A DNA stretch of 64,000 bases from Planctomycetota bacterium. GTDB taxonomy: Bacteria; Planctomycetota; Phycisphaerae; Sedimentisphaerales; Anaerobacaceae. The stretch's first letter is position 1; the number at the start of each line of letters is the position of its first letter. Positions 19,471 through 29,088 of this stretch are shown in pieces. The DNA lies in assembly GCA_019456145.1 (NCBI GenBank), contig VRUL01000008.1, positions 60,438 to 124,437 of the forward strand. The letters are read 5' to 3'. The notes beneath the pieces are model-generated. The model was not told the origin of the DNA. It searched no databases and was given only the letters and a program-made list of their open reading frames with translations. The translations under genes were made by a program, and so were the position numbers.

Positions 19471-21000
19471 ATGAATTTACAATTATGGATTATGGGAAAG
19501 AAACGTGCATCTGGTTCAAAGAAAGTCCAACTGGTTGGAAAACCGTCGGCTCTGGTGGATACGAGGGTCATTTATTGCGGCGATAATCTCGACCAGTTGA
19601 AAAAATTTCCCGATGGGTGCGTTGACCTTATTTATATTGACCCGCCTTTTAATTCCAACCGCAACTATGAGGTTTTCTGGGGTGAGACAAAAGAAAAACG
19701 CGCCTTCAAAGACCGGCATGCATCAACACAGGCCTATATCGAATTTATGCGGCCGCGATGTGTCGAGCTACACCGCGTTCTAAAGAAAACCGGCTCGTTC
19801 TATTACCATTGCGACTGGCACGCATCACACTACGTAAAAATAATGCTCGACCAAATCTTCAGCGAAAACCAGTTTCAGAATGAAATCATTTGGCAGCGCA
19901 CGTCCGCTGGAAAGCCGATCTATAGGAATTTACCGAAGAACGCGGATTCAATTCTGTGGTTTACTAAATCGGATCAGTATCTTTTCACGCCGATAATGCA
20001 ACCTCTAACAGAGGCGGATAAAGCCACGTTCGCTTCTGACGACGGAGACGGCAGGGGGCCGTACAACACTCAGCCTATCATCAATCCTGGCGACCGACCG
20101 AATCTGAAATATACATACACGGATCTAACGGGAAGAGAATGGTCTTCTCCGAAGACAGGATGGAGATTCAGTGAAGAGAGAATGAGGCAGGCTGAATCTG
20201 AAAACCGCCTTGCATTCGGTCAAACGACAATACGCGAGAAGTATTATTTGCGCGAGCGGGAGGCCAAGGGAAAGCAACTTTCTAATATCTGGACAGACAT
20301 ACCGATAGTAAGCGGAGAAGAAAAGCTCGGCTATCCAACACAAAAACCCCTTGCACTTTTAGACCGGATAATCAAAGCAAGTTCGAATGAAAACGATATT
20401 GTTCTCGATGCTTTTTGTGGATGCGGGACGGCGCTGGTTGCGGCTGAGAATCTTGGCAGACAGTGGATAGGTATTGATATGTCACCGACGGCCTGCCGGG
20501 TAATGGCCAAGCGTCTGCGCGATGTCTGCAAGATGAAAGAGGATGAGAAACTCTGGCGGATCGGGCGCGGCTTTATCGTTCGTGACCTGCCGTGGACCGA
20601 AAAGCAGCTTAGAGAAATCCCGCCGTTTGAATTTGAGAACTGGGCGGTTATAGCGCTGGGTGGTATTCCAAATAAGGCGCAGGTAGGCGATATGGGTATC
20701 GATGGTCGTATTTATCCTGTCTCTGCCACACCGAAGAAGCAAGAGGGCGAGCTGGACTTTATGGACCTCTGGTATCCCATCCAGGTCAAGCAGAAAGACA
20801 AAGTCGGCAGGCCGGATATAGATTCCTTTGAGGCCGTGATGATGCGTGAAGACCGCACAAAAGGATTCTTCGTCTCATTCGATTACTCATCCGATGCGAT
20901 AAACGAGATACAGGCCTTTTTCAAAAGGACCGGCAAAAGCATAATCGCCCTGACCGTCAAAGACATTCTCGAAGAACAAATCGCCCACAAATTGGCATAA
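19471..21000 (+). CDS. Beta-class N6-adenine/N4-cytosine DNA methyltransferase fused to a C-terminal Mrr-like PD-(D/E)xK nuclease domain
   Basis: Motif IV (IYIDPPFNSN) comes first and motif I (FCGCGTALVAAENLGRQWIGIDMS) later, which is the beta-class order. The C-terminal ~130 aa reads FENWAVIALGG...GDMGIDGRI...IQVKQKDKVGRPDIDSFEAV...KGFFVSFDYS, the restriction-endonuclease (Mrr_cat) pattern. Start is ATG 19471 or 19492. Confidence 0.85.
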   Translation: MNLQLWIMGKKRASGSKKVQLVGKPSALVDTRVIYCGDNLDQLKKFPDGCVDLIYIDPPFNSNRNYEVFWGETKEKRAFKDRHASTQAYIEFMRPRCVELHRVLKKTGSFYYHCDWHASHYVKIMLDQIFSENQFQNEIIWQRTSAGKPIYRNLPKNADSILWFTKSDQYLFTPIMQPLTEADKATFASDDGDGRGPYNTQPIINPGDRPNLKYTYTDLTGREWSSPKTGWRFSEERMRQAESENRLAFGQTTIREKYYLREREAKGKQLSNIWTDIPIVSGEEKLGYPTQKPLALLDRIIKASSNENDIVLDAFCGCGTALVAAENLGRQWIGIDMSPTACRVMAKRLRDVCKMKEDEKLWRIGRGFIVRDLPWTEKQLREIPPFEFENWAVIALGGIPNKAQVGDMGIDGRIYPVSATPKKQEGELDFMDLWYPIQVKQKDKVGRPDIDSFEAVMMREDRTKGFFVSFDYSSDAINEIQAFFKRTGKSIIALTVKDILEEQIAHKLA

Positions 21001-21004
21001 GCCC

Positions 21005-21087
21005 TATATTAGCAAAATCTCGTATTTCATAAGCATTACAGTATCAGTGAGTTATAGAAAACATGAAATTGGCAAACATTTTCAATG
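21005..21087 (+). repeat. MITE-like ~90-bp dispersed repeat, divergent copy 1
   Basis: Ends in aaattggcaaacattttcaatgg. Alignable with 25279-25372 and 29886-29979 (ataagc..tatcagtgagttat..aaattgg.aaacattttcaatg). Same orientation as the other two copies. Confidence 0.5.
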
Positions 21088-21434
21088 GCCGATGCGCGAG
21101 TTATGTCAAATTAATCAATTCAGCTGAGCCTAAATGGAAAACCGGACTGCGCGAGGGAAAAGATTTTCAGAAATAGAGGCACGATAAGATTTGCAAGAAC
21201 AGAATAATTGTTTGAGTTTGCTAATAGTGTGATTTTAGCAAAAAAACAAAGGTTTTTGTAGCATCGGATTAAATAGACGGAGGGAAAGAAAGGAACCATC
21301 GTGATGTAACTCCCTTTCAGTTTGGGTGCAGTGATGGTGAGAAGGGGTGACATTCTTATCCTGAAAAGCAACCAGATATTTATATGAGAGTTGAAAGCAG
21401 GTTAAGTAATTTTGAAAATAATTAAACAAGGCTC

Positions 21435-21463
21435 TTGACAATAGTGCAGAAACTACCATAATA
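21435..21463 (+). promoter_or_regulatory. Sigma70-like promoter candidate upstream of the BNR gene
   Basis: TTGACA (21435-21440), a 17-nt spacer, then ATAATA (21458-21463), about 180 nt upstream of the 21645 ORF. Sequence pattern only. Confidence 0.3.
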
Positions 21464-21644
21464 GACTTATATCAAAGATTAGAAATATTCTTCTAAGGCA
21501 AATGCAAAAGGATGGCAGGGTGATGAGGATGCTATTCTTGATTTCCTTCACATTCTCTTCCAGCCAGATAAAATTGCTGATTTGCCATATCAAGTGAGGA
21601 TGGGAAATCTCGGCTTAAAGTATTAAACCATACACAAATTATCT

Positions 21645-24600
21645 ATGGAGATCCAAATGATGCGAAACTTTTTGCTTGGGCTGTTCTTGGTTATCCTGTT
21701 TGCCCCTTCGGTGCGGGCAGATGAAGGGGCCGAGAAGAAGGAAAAAACGAAATTCAGCGCCGAAACTTTCAGCGGAATCTCATTGCGAAATATTGGTCCC
21801 GCCCAGCGATCAGGGCGAATCAGTGACATCGTCAAAGATCCAATAAAATCCAGCACCTGGTACGTAGCGGTAGCGTCGGGCAATGTTTGGAAAACAGTCA
21901 ACAACGGCACAATCTGGACGCCGATATTTGACAATTATGGTTCTTACTCTATCGGATGTATCAGCATCGATCCTAAGAATCCCAAGACCTTGTGGCTCGG
22001 GACTGGCGAAAACAACAGTCAGCGAAGCGTCGGCTACGGTGATGGTGTTTACAAAAGCATTGACGGAGGGAAGAGTTGGAAGAATGCAGGTCTTAAACAG
22101 TCAGAACACATTGGCAAGATACTGATTGACCCGAGGGATTCCGATGTGGTTTATGTAGCTGCCCAGGGGCCGCTGTGGGCTAAGGGTGGAGATCGTGGTC
22201 TCTATAAGACAATCGACGGCGGTAAGAACTGGGAACTCATCCTCTCTATTAGCGAAAATACAGGCGTCAGTGATATTGTCTTCGATCCGCGGGATTCGGA
22301 CGTCATCTATGCGACCTCTTATCAGAGGCGTCGCCACGTTTGGACGCTGGTAGCAGGTGGACCGGAGTCAGCTATTTATAAGAGTCTGGATGGAGGAAAA
22401 ACCTGGAAGAAAATCGTTAAGGGTTTACCCACTGTGGACCTCGGACGCATCGGCATCGCCGTTTCCCCTCAGCAACCGGATGTAGTCTATGCAATCGTTG
22501 CCGCTGCCTGGGATGAGAGCGGATTCTTTCGTTCTGACGATAAAGGTGAGAACTGGGTCAGGATGAGCGATTATATTACGATGGATCCCCAGTATTATCA
22601 AGAGATTTTCGCGGATCCCCACCAGTTCGATCGTGTCTATAGCATGGATGTATATATGCAAGTCACGCAGGACGGTGGAAAAACATGGCGGCGGGTGAGG
22701 TCTCGTTTCAAACATGTCGATGACCACGCTTTACTGTTCGATCTTAATGATCCCGATTACCTGATGGTGGGCTGCGATGGAGGTATCTATGAGACTTGGG
22801 ATCGGACAAAGACATGGCGCTATATTACCAACCTGCCTGTAACCCAGTTCTATCGGGTTGGTGTGGATAATGCTCTGCCTTTTTATAACGTCTATGGTGG
22901 AACCCAGGACAATGGATCTACAGGGGGACCTTCACGAACGACCAATATCCATGGTATCCGAAGCAGCGACTGGTTTATCACGGTGGGCGGTGACGGCTAT
23001 CAGACCCGTGTCGATCCCACTGACCCCAACATCGTCTATTCTCAGTTCCAGTATGGCGGATTGGTACGTTACGACAGAAGAAGCGGCGAGCGCATCGATA
23101 TCCAGCCCCAGCCGGGCAAAGACGACCCTCCATTGATCTGGAACTGGGATACTCCCCTTATCATCAGTCCCCATTCGCCGACACGGCTCTACTTCGGTGC
23201 TAACATCCTCTTCCGAAGTGGCGACCGTGGTGACACATGGCAGGCTGTAAGTCCCAATCTCACAAGAGGGATCGACCGAAATAAACTCGAAGTGATGGGT
23301 ACTGTATGGAGTGTGGAATCAGTCTGGAAGAATGTTTGGACATCTTTCTATGGTAATCTGGTCGCGCTCGACGAATCGCGGTTGCAGGAAGGTCTGATAT
23401 ATGTAGGGACGGATGACGGATTGATACAGGTCACGGAGGATGGAGGCCGGAACTGGCGCAGAATTGAATTCTTCTCAGGGATACCCGACCACACTTACGT
23501 GGCGGATCTGAAAACATCCGCTCACGAAACGGATACTGTATATGCGGTTTTCAATAACCACAAACGTGGCGATTTCAAACCCTATGTCATCAAGAGTACG
23601 GATCGCGGCAAGACCTGGTTATCCATCAGTGGAGATTTACCTGACAGACATGTTGTCTGGGCGATTCAGGAAGACCCGGTCAAAAAAGAGCTGTTATTCG
23701 TTGGGACCGAGTTTGGGCTCTTTTTCACAATCGACGGGGGCGAACACTGGATACAGCTAAAAGGTGGGGCTCCCACAATTCCTTTCCGTGATCTGGAGAT
23801 TCAGGAGCGGGAAACCGATCTCGTGTGTGCCACCTTCGGCCGTGGTTTTATGATTCTGGATGACTACTCTCCCTTACGGCATATCTCAGAAGATTTGCTT
23901 GACAGAGATGCTCGTCTTTTCCCTGTCAAAAAGGCCTTGTTGTATATACAAGACGCACCCTTGGGTTCGAGAGAAAAAGCAACCTTAGGTGATTCTTTTT
24001 TCACTGCGCCTAATCCTCCCTTCGGGGCGGTTTTTACATACTATCTGAAGGATGATTTAAAGAGCCGTCGGCAGTCCCGTAAGGAGAAGGAACTCAAGCT
24101 CCAGAAAGAAGCCAAACCGGTCTATTATCCTACTTGGGAATCACTCCGAATCGAAGATGCAGAAGACTCTCCTGCAATTTTTCTAACTGTCAAAGACCAG
24201 GAAGGTAATGTTGTGCGCCGCCTTGTAGGCCCGGTTAGTAAAGGATTCCATCGGGTGGAATGGGATTTACGATACGCTCGCCCGGTTCCCACATCTATTG
24301 ACCGAGCAAGAGAGAGTTGGCGAGAGTCTTCGAGTGGGATGCCGGCACTTCCAGGGACTTATACAGTTCAACTCTCCCGATATGTTGACGGGGAATTTGA
24401 AATTCTCAGCGAACCGCAAGAATTCAAGACTGTTTCTCTAGGTCTTCAGACGTTTCCGGCACATGACATGGAGACGCAGTTCCAATTCCAAAAGCAGGTA
24501 AGTAATCTCCTGCGGGCCGCCATGGGTTTGGAAAAAGTATTTTACGACACAGAGGACCGTTTGAAGTATATGAAACAGGCGCTGGTTGATACTCCCAAAG

Positions 24601-24938
24601 CGAGTGAGCTGCATATCACGCGAGCTCGGGAGCTCCAACGCAAACTTCAAGATGTAGCCATAGTACTACTGGGTGACAAGAGTGTTTCGAGCCGTTTCGA
24701 GCCGACTCAGCCATCGCTCCTTAATAGGATTAACAGAGCCAGCAGGGGTTTCTGGTCGACTACTGGGGCAACAGCGACACACAAGCGTGAATACCAGATC
24801 GCTCTGGAGTTGTTTACAGACCTTCGCAACAAGATGGATGACATGCTCGAAAACGATCTGAATCAACTCGAGGAGGAGATGGAGAGAATTGGTGCTCCCT
24901 GGACGCCGGGGCGGAGAATTCCGGAATTGAAAAAATAA
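21645..24938 (+). CDS. Secreted BNR/Asp-box repeat protein (sortilin/VPS10-like tandem beta-propeller)
   Basis: Has a signal peptide (MMRNFLLGLFLVILFAPSVRA). At least 9 Asp-box motifs (SxDxGxxW): SIDGGKSW, TIDGGKNW, SLDGGKTW, SDDKGENW, TQDGGKTW, SGDRGDTW, TEDGGRNW, STDRGKTW, TIDGGEHW. 1097 aa. Confidence 0.85.
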   Translation: MEIQMMRNFLLGLFLVILFAPSVRADEGAEKKEKTKFSAETFSGISLRNIGPAQRSGRISDIVKDPIKSSTWYVAVASGNVWKTVNNGTIWTPIFDNYGSYSIGCISIDPKNPKTLWLGTGENNSQRSVGYGDGVYKSIDGGKSWKNAGLKQSEHIGKILIDPRDSDVVYVAAQGPLWAKGGDRGLYKTIDGGKNWELILSISENTGVSDIVFDPRDSDVIYATSYQRRRHVWTLVAGGPESAIYKSLDGGKTWKKIVKGLPTVDLGRIGIAVSPQQPDVVYAIVAAAWDESGFFRSDDKGENWVRMSDYITMDPQYYQEIFADPHQFDRVYSMDVYMQVTQDGGKTWRRVRSRFKHVDDHALLFDLNDPDYLMVGCDGGIYETWDRTKTWRYITNLPVTQFYRVGVDNALPFYNVYGGTQDNGSTGGPSRTTNIHGIRSSDWFITVGGDGYQTRVDPTDPNIVYSQFQYGGLVRYDRRSGERIDIQPQPGKDDPPLIWNWDTPLIISPHSPTRLYFGANILFRSGDRGDTWQAVSPNLTRGIDRNKLEVMGTVWSVESVWKNVWTSFYGNLVALDESRLQEGLIYVGTDDGLIQVTEDGGRNWRRIEFFSGIPDHTYVADLKTSAHETDTVYAVFNNHKRGDFKPYVIKSTDRGKTWLSISGDLPDRHVVWAIQEDPVKKELLFVGTEFGLFFTIDGGEHWIQLKGGAPTIPFRDLEIQERETDLVCATFGRGFMILDDYSPLRHISEDLLDRDARLFPVKKALLYIQDAPLGSREKATLGDSFFTAPNPPFGAVFTYYLKDDLKSRRQSRKEKELKLQKEAKPVYYPTWESLRIEDAEDSPAIFLTVKDQEGNVVRRLVGPVSKGFHRVEWDLRYARPVPTSIDRARESWRESSSGMPALPGTYTVQLSRYVDGEFEILSEPQEFKTVSLGLQTFPAHDMETQFQFQKQVSNLLRAAMGLEKVFYDTEDRLKYMKQALVDTPKASELHITRARELQRKLQDVAIVLLGDKSVSSRFEPTQPSLLNRINRASRGFWSTTGATATHKREYQIALELFTDLRNKMDDMLENDLNQLEEEMERIGAPWTPGRRIPELKK

Positions 24939-25278
24939 GCCACTTCCCTACCTAATTGAGTTTTGTTGTCTATAAGCTACAGTTTCTTACATGACTGAAA
25001 TACCGGCGGGCAATGAATTTTCATTGGAAATTCGGCCTATAATTAGAACTGTTTAGAGTATTTCTTTGTGGCTTTCAAAAACTCCAAGAGAAGCCTTCTT
25101 TACCATCCCTCTCCTCACCTTGCCTATAAAATATGCAACACCCGCCTCCTTGTTCTTACGAAGACTTACCGAATTTCCTGGACCGGTCCCACCAGCCAAC
25201 CAGAACCTCACACAGATGCCCCGAAACAGCCCCCTTCTCGCCGGTTGACTCCTACAACTTCGCTGCAACTAAAATGCT

Positions 25279-25372
25279 CGTTATCAGCCAACCTTGAAAA
25301 AACGCCTATTTTATAAGTGCTGTTATACCACTGACTTATCAAAAATAAAAAAATTTGTAAACATTTTCAATG
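25279..25372 (+). repeat. MITE-like ~94-bp dispersed repeat, copy 2
   Basis: cgttatcagccaaccttgaaaaaacgcc...ataagtgctgttataccactgacttatcaaaaataaaaaaatttgtaaacattttcaatg. About 85% identical to 29886-29979. Its two ends are imperfect inverted repeats (cttgaaaaaa.g / c.ttttcaatg). Confidence 0.7.
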
Positions 25373-25527
25373 TCCTTTCCATTGCCGCAGTGGCCAGGCC
25401 CAAAGCGTAACAACGTCTCGACCGAAATCAACCTCCCGTGCCAGTGCGTTGCTTCCGGCATACTCTGATTATAGTTCGAGTGGATTTTCCCCAAATGAAT
25501 TGGTGAGACAGATAGGAAAGGCAAAGA

Positions 25528-26517
25528 CTATTGTTGGATGCGCGTTCCTTCAAATATAGAACTTGAGTCGGCAGTGTCCTTTTTCAAGGAGCCAAAATCT
25601 GCCTTATGCCATTCTGCGATTTCATCGTAAGGTATGTGTCGGAGACGGAGTATAGGTCCTATCTGCTCAACCAAGGCGAAGAAATCCGGAATAAGGTGCA
25701 GCCGATAAGAGTCTTTTTCGTCAGAAAAAGATTCATCAAGAAAAAGGGCGAGGAAGGTCATATCTTTCAACTTAACCAGGTTGGCAAAGACTTCAAACTC
25801 CACACCTTCTTTGTCAGCTAATATTATGCTATAGGTTTTTTCTCTTTCTGCGACTGCTATGGAGTCGAGGAGTTGACCATCTTTTCCTTCCCAAACACCG
25901 ATCAGGTTTTCGTCGAAGATCAGGTCTTCATCAGTATATAAGGGCTCGCGGCGGGTAAGCTCAAGGGGGTCAGAAAACAGGTCTTCGGTATCGGCGTACT
26001 TAAGCATGAAGTCCTGAAGCTCTTTCGGTTGAGCTGTTAGCACGATGCGGTCTTCTATGACCTCGTGTTTTAATATGTTTGGGTCGGCTTTGAGCATATT
26101 GCTAACTTCATCCACATCCATTTGAAGCAATTGCAATTTGGGTTCTATTTGGTTAACCTTCATAAATGAATGTGTCGGAATCAAGTGCAACATATAATAC
26201 TCGTTGTACTTGAATTCTTCCGGTAGCTCAGCAGGTAATACATCGAGGAACATCATGTCTTTGAGCCTGACCAGGTGTGCCACGAAGTGTCCTTGCTTAT
26301 CTCCCGAGAGGACTCTCATTTTATATCTCTGGCCTTCATCGGGTCTGAATTCCCATATATCGTTTTCGCTCGACCATTTTCCGATGAGTTTCTCATCGAA
26401 GACCACTTCCCCGTCAGTATAGAGTGGGTGAAGCGAAGTAATAATGCATCCACCCAGTAACAGTACCAGCGAGCTGATAAGGATGTCTTTGGTTTCCATT
26501 TTGATTCTCCTTAGCAA
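25528..26517 (-). CDS. Lipoprotein of unknown function with internal tandem duplication
   Basis: Has a lipobox (LLLGGC). Two ~150-aa repeats: HPLYTDGEVVFDEKLIGKWS...VRLKDMMFLDV...YMLHLIP and EPLYTDEDLIFDENLIGVWE...VKLKDMTFLAL...YRLHLIP. Downstream of and co-directional with the kinase gene. Confidence 0.75.
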   Translation of the reverse strand: MLRRIKMETKDILISSLVLLLGGCIITSLHPLYTDGEVVFDEKLIGKWSSENDIWEFRPDEGQRYKMRVLSGDKQGHFVAHLVRLKDMMFLDVLPAELPEEFKYNEYYMLHLIPTHSFMKVNQIEPKLQLLQMDVDEVSNMLKADPNILKHEVIEDRIVLTAQPKELQDFMLKYADTEDLFSDPLELTRREPLYTDEDLIFDENLIGVWEGKDGQLLDSIAVAEREKTYSIILADKEGVEFEVFANLVKLKDMTFLALFLDESFSDEKDSYRLHLIPDFFALVEQIGPILRLRHIPYDEIAEWHKADFGSLKKDTADSSSIFEGTRIQQ

Positions 26518-26703
26518 TATTTACATTTTCAAGAACTATCCGAACAACCGGCTCTAAACAGTATTGGTCCGTATGTTAGGAAATCTTTCTGAAAAAATGG
26601 AAAAAATCCTGGGAAATTTCACAAAAGACAGGGTTGAGGCTTGTGGGTTGCTATGCAACATCCGAGACGGCGCAAATAAGGAACTATGGTTCGGCGTGCT
26701 AAG

Positions 26704-29088
26704 TTATTCTTTGCGTCTTAGTTTCCTGTTCGCCTTCCAACGCGGCACCATCCAGGAGATGAACATACAGAATATGCCGGTGATAATCAAGGAAATGGGC
26801 CAGGCGAAGAACTTGTCTAAATGCTCAACGGTGAATTTGTGCGCCGAAGCAGCGATGCCAGCCAGGCCGGAAAAGAAGAATGATTTCATCTGGCGTGCCA
26901 CGCTGCCGAAAACGAAGCCTATTGATGCTATCGGCAACAAGAAGCGATAAATTAAGTAGTGAAACTCGGGTAAGTCGTACTCCTTGTTATCCAGCATCCT
27001 GAGTACTGCCAGGATATGCAGCGGGCCAAGCCAATTCAAGACCTGTGCCAGCACGCGCTGGAGCCGTGTCCCCATAAGCCTGCAAATACCGGCAAGGCTG
27101 AGATAGAAGACTCCGTTACATACGAAGCTCAGAAGTTGGTGCTCGGTTTCACTGAGAAACTCGGGCCTGCGATATAGCCATCCGAAAAGGGTGTTTTCTG
27201 ATCCAGCGATGATGCTTAGGGGAAGAATGATAAGGGCCAATCCAGTGGCGCACAGTGGCCAGGCATATTTAGTGTATGCGTGACGGTCGAACCAGACTCC
27301 CGCCACGAACAAGACAATTCCTGGATATAGGTATCGGCCGGCTATAATGTCAGGCGACCATTTTTCCATTCCAGCGGTTATGTAGCAAGTTGTTAGTAAG
27401 GCCAGAAACGCGATTATGCTGAAGACGACGAAGATCAAGGAGCGCGTGATACGCAGCAAAGCAAGCGAGAACATAAGCCAGCATAATGATGAAGTAAATA
27501 GTTGGATATTGCCGACAACCACATGGGAGGTAGCCTCTTTGAGGCCGGTATATAGGGACTCAGTGCCCCATGGATAGTTGGCAGGAGACAGTACTTTCCA
27601 CTGTCCCAATGTCAGGAGGATAGTGATAGGGATTAATAAATTGGCAGTTGACAGAAATCCCACCGAGAGTCTGTAATCTTTCCTTTGCCACATTACGAGG
27701 CCGAATATGCCCATTAGCGCCGTTGCCACAAGAGCTGGTACAGGTCGCCAATATATCGAAATATGATCCCAGGTTTTGTAGAAAAGAACAAAACTGCCCA
27801 GGACAACGATCCACCCGCCAAGATATAGACAAACCTGGGAAAGAGACAATTTCCTTGCTTCGATTATCGAAAGGTCGGCTGGTGATATCATACGCTCATA
27901 TATGTTGTCCAATTTATCAAGCTCTTTTTCTGTAAGAAGCTCGTTGTCGTGCCATACCTTCAGCTTTTGCCGATGATAGAAGACATCCTGATGAATCTTG
28001 TCTGTCAGGTAAGATGGTCTGGACCAGACTTTTTCTCCTCTCAGGTACCGATGAATGTCATCGGATAGACTTTGAGCATTAGGGTATCGTTTGTGAGGGT
28101 CTTTCTCCAGAGCCTTGAGGCAAATGTTCTGCAAAGGAATAGGCGTTTTCTCCCGGACTGCACTTGGCAGCTCGGGGTATTCGGTTCGGATAGACTCAAA
28201 GAGCTCTTCAGGACTTGTTTGTGGAAAAGGGTGCGTGTCAGTCAAGAGTTCATATAGTAAAATACCCAGGGCGAAAACATCAGTTGCAGGATAAATCTTC
28301 ACAGGCGGACAGATTTGTTCAGGCGCACTGTAGGCAGGTGTACCCCGATACAGTCCTTGTTCAATACCTTCCAAGGGGCTGGTCTCCAATGAAATTCCAA
28401 AGTCCAGCACCTTTGGTTTGAGTCCGGAAGTAACCAGAATATTTGAGGGTTTGAGGTCCCGATGTATGATATTTCTTCTATGCGCTGCAGCCACACCATC
28501 GAGTACTCCCAAATAAATGCGTAGTTTCTGCTGAAGCGGCAGTCCTTCCCAGGCTTCGGTCAGCGGGAGCCCATCTATCCATTCCATCATGATGAATCTC
28601 TGATCCTCAATCTCGCCAATTTCATAAATCTGTGCTATATTAGGATCATTAAATCGGCTCATTAATCTGGCTTCCTGCCAGGCCTCTGCGTCAGCTCCGT
28701 TCGGTGAGCTTCTTGGCCGCAGGAACTTTACAGCCACAAGCCTCTCCAAAACAGTGTCAATAGCTTGAAACACCTGGCCGGCGGAACCTTCGCCAACTTT
28801 TCTTATTACCCGGTACCTTTCGCCTACAAGTGTCTGTGCACGATCAGTGCTTTCTATTCCTGCTTTGCTATATTTCGAAAGTAGTAGACTCTCTTTGTGG
28901 AATTTGCGCAGTTCGGTAAGTAATTTTTCATTTGTGGTTGCTTCCCCCACTTTAGCCATACAAGCAGGACAATCTTTCAAGTGCCCTTCGAACTCGTCTC
29001 GCTCTGTGGCTTTAAGCTCACCTGACATATAACGTTCTATTGCTTCCAGCTCGAAACAATTCATGTGAACATTCCTACCACAATTCAT
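26704..29088 (-). CDS. Fusion protein: zf-HC2 anti-sigma-like N-terminus + Ser/Thr protein kinase + ~11-12-helix membrane domain
   Basis: The N-terminus has HLKDCPAC (H-x3-C-x2-C). Kinase motifs are present: GEGSAGQV, VAVKFL, HRDLKPSNILV, DFG, SAPE. The C-terminal ~370 aa is strongly hydrophobic and multi-pass. Its start ATG overlaps the sigma gene stop (ATGA at 29085-29088). Confidence 0.85.
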   Translation of the reverse strand: MNCGRNVHMNCFELEAIERYMSGELKATERDEFEGHLKDCPACMAKVGEATTNEKLLTELRKFHKESLLLSKYSKAGIESTDRAQTLVGERYRVIRKVGEGSAGQVFQAIDTVLERLVAVKFLRPRSSPNGADAEAWQEARLMSRFNDPNIAQIYEIGEIEDQRFIMMEWIDGLPLTEAWEGLPLQQKLRIYLGVLDGVAAAHRRNIIHRDLKPSNILVTSGLKPKVLDFGISLETSPLEGIEQGLYRGTPAYSAPEQICPPVKIYPATDVFALGILLYELLTDTHPFPQTSPEELFESIRTEYPELPSAVREKTPIPLQNICLKALEKDPHKRYPNAQSLSDDIHRYLRGEKVWSRPSYLTDKIHQDVFYHRQKLKVWHDNELLTEKELDKLDNIYERMISPADLSIIEARKLSLSQVCLYLGGWIVVLGSFVLFYKTWDHISIYWRPVPALVATALMGIFGLVMWQRKDYRLSVGFLSTANLLIPITILLTLGQWKVLSPANYPWGTESLYTGLKEATSHVVVGNIQLFTSSLCWLMFSLALLRITRSLIFVVFSIIAFLALLTTCYITAGMEKWSPDIIAGRYLYPGIVLFVAGVWFDRHAYTKYAWPLCATGLALIILPLSIIAGSENTLFGWLYRRPEFLSETEHQLLSFVCNGVFYLSLAGICRLMGTRLQRVLAQVLNWLGPLHILAVLRMLDNKEYDLPEFHYLIYRFLLPIASIGFVFGSVARQMKSFFFSGLAGIAASAHKFTVEHLDKFFAWPISLIITGIFCMFISWMVPRWKANRKLRRKE

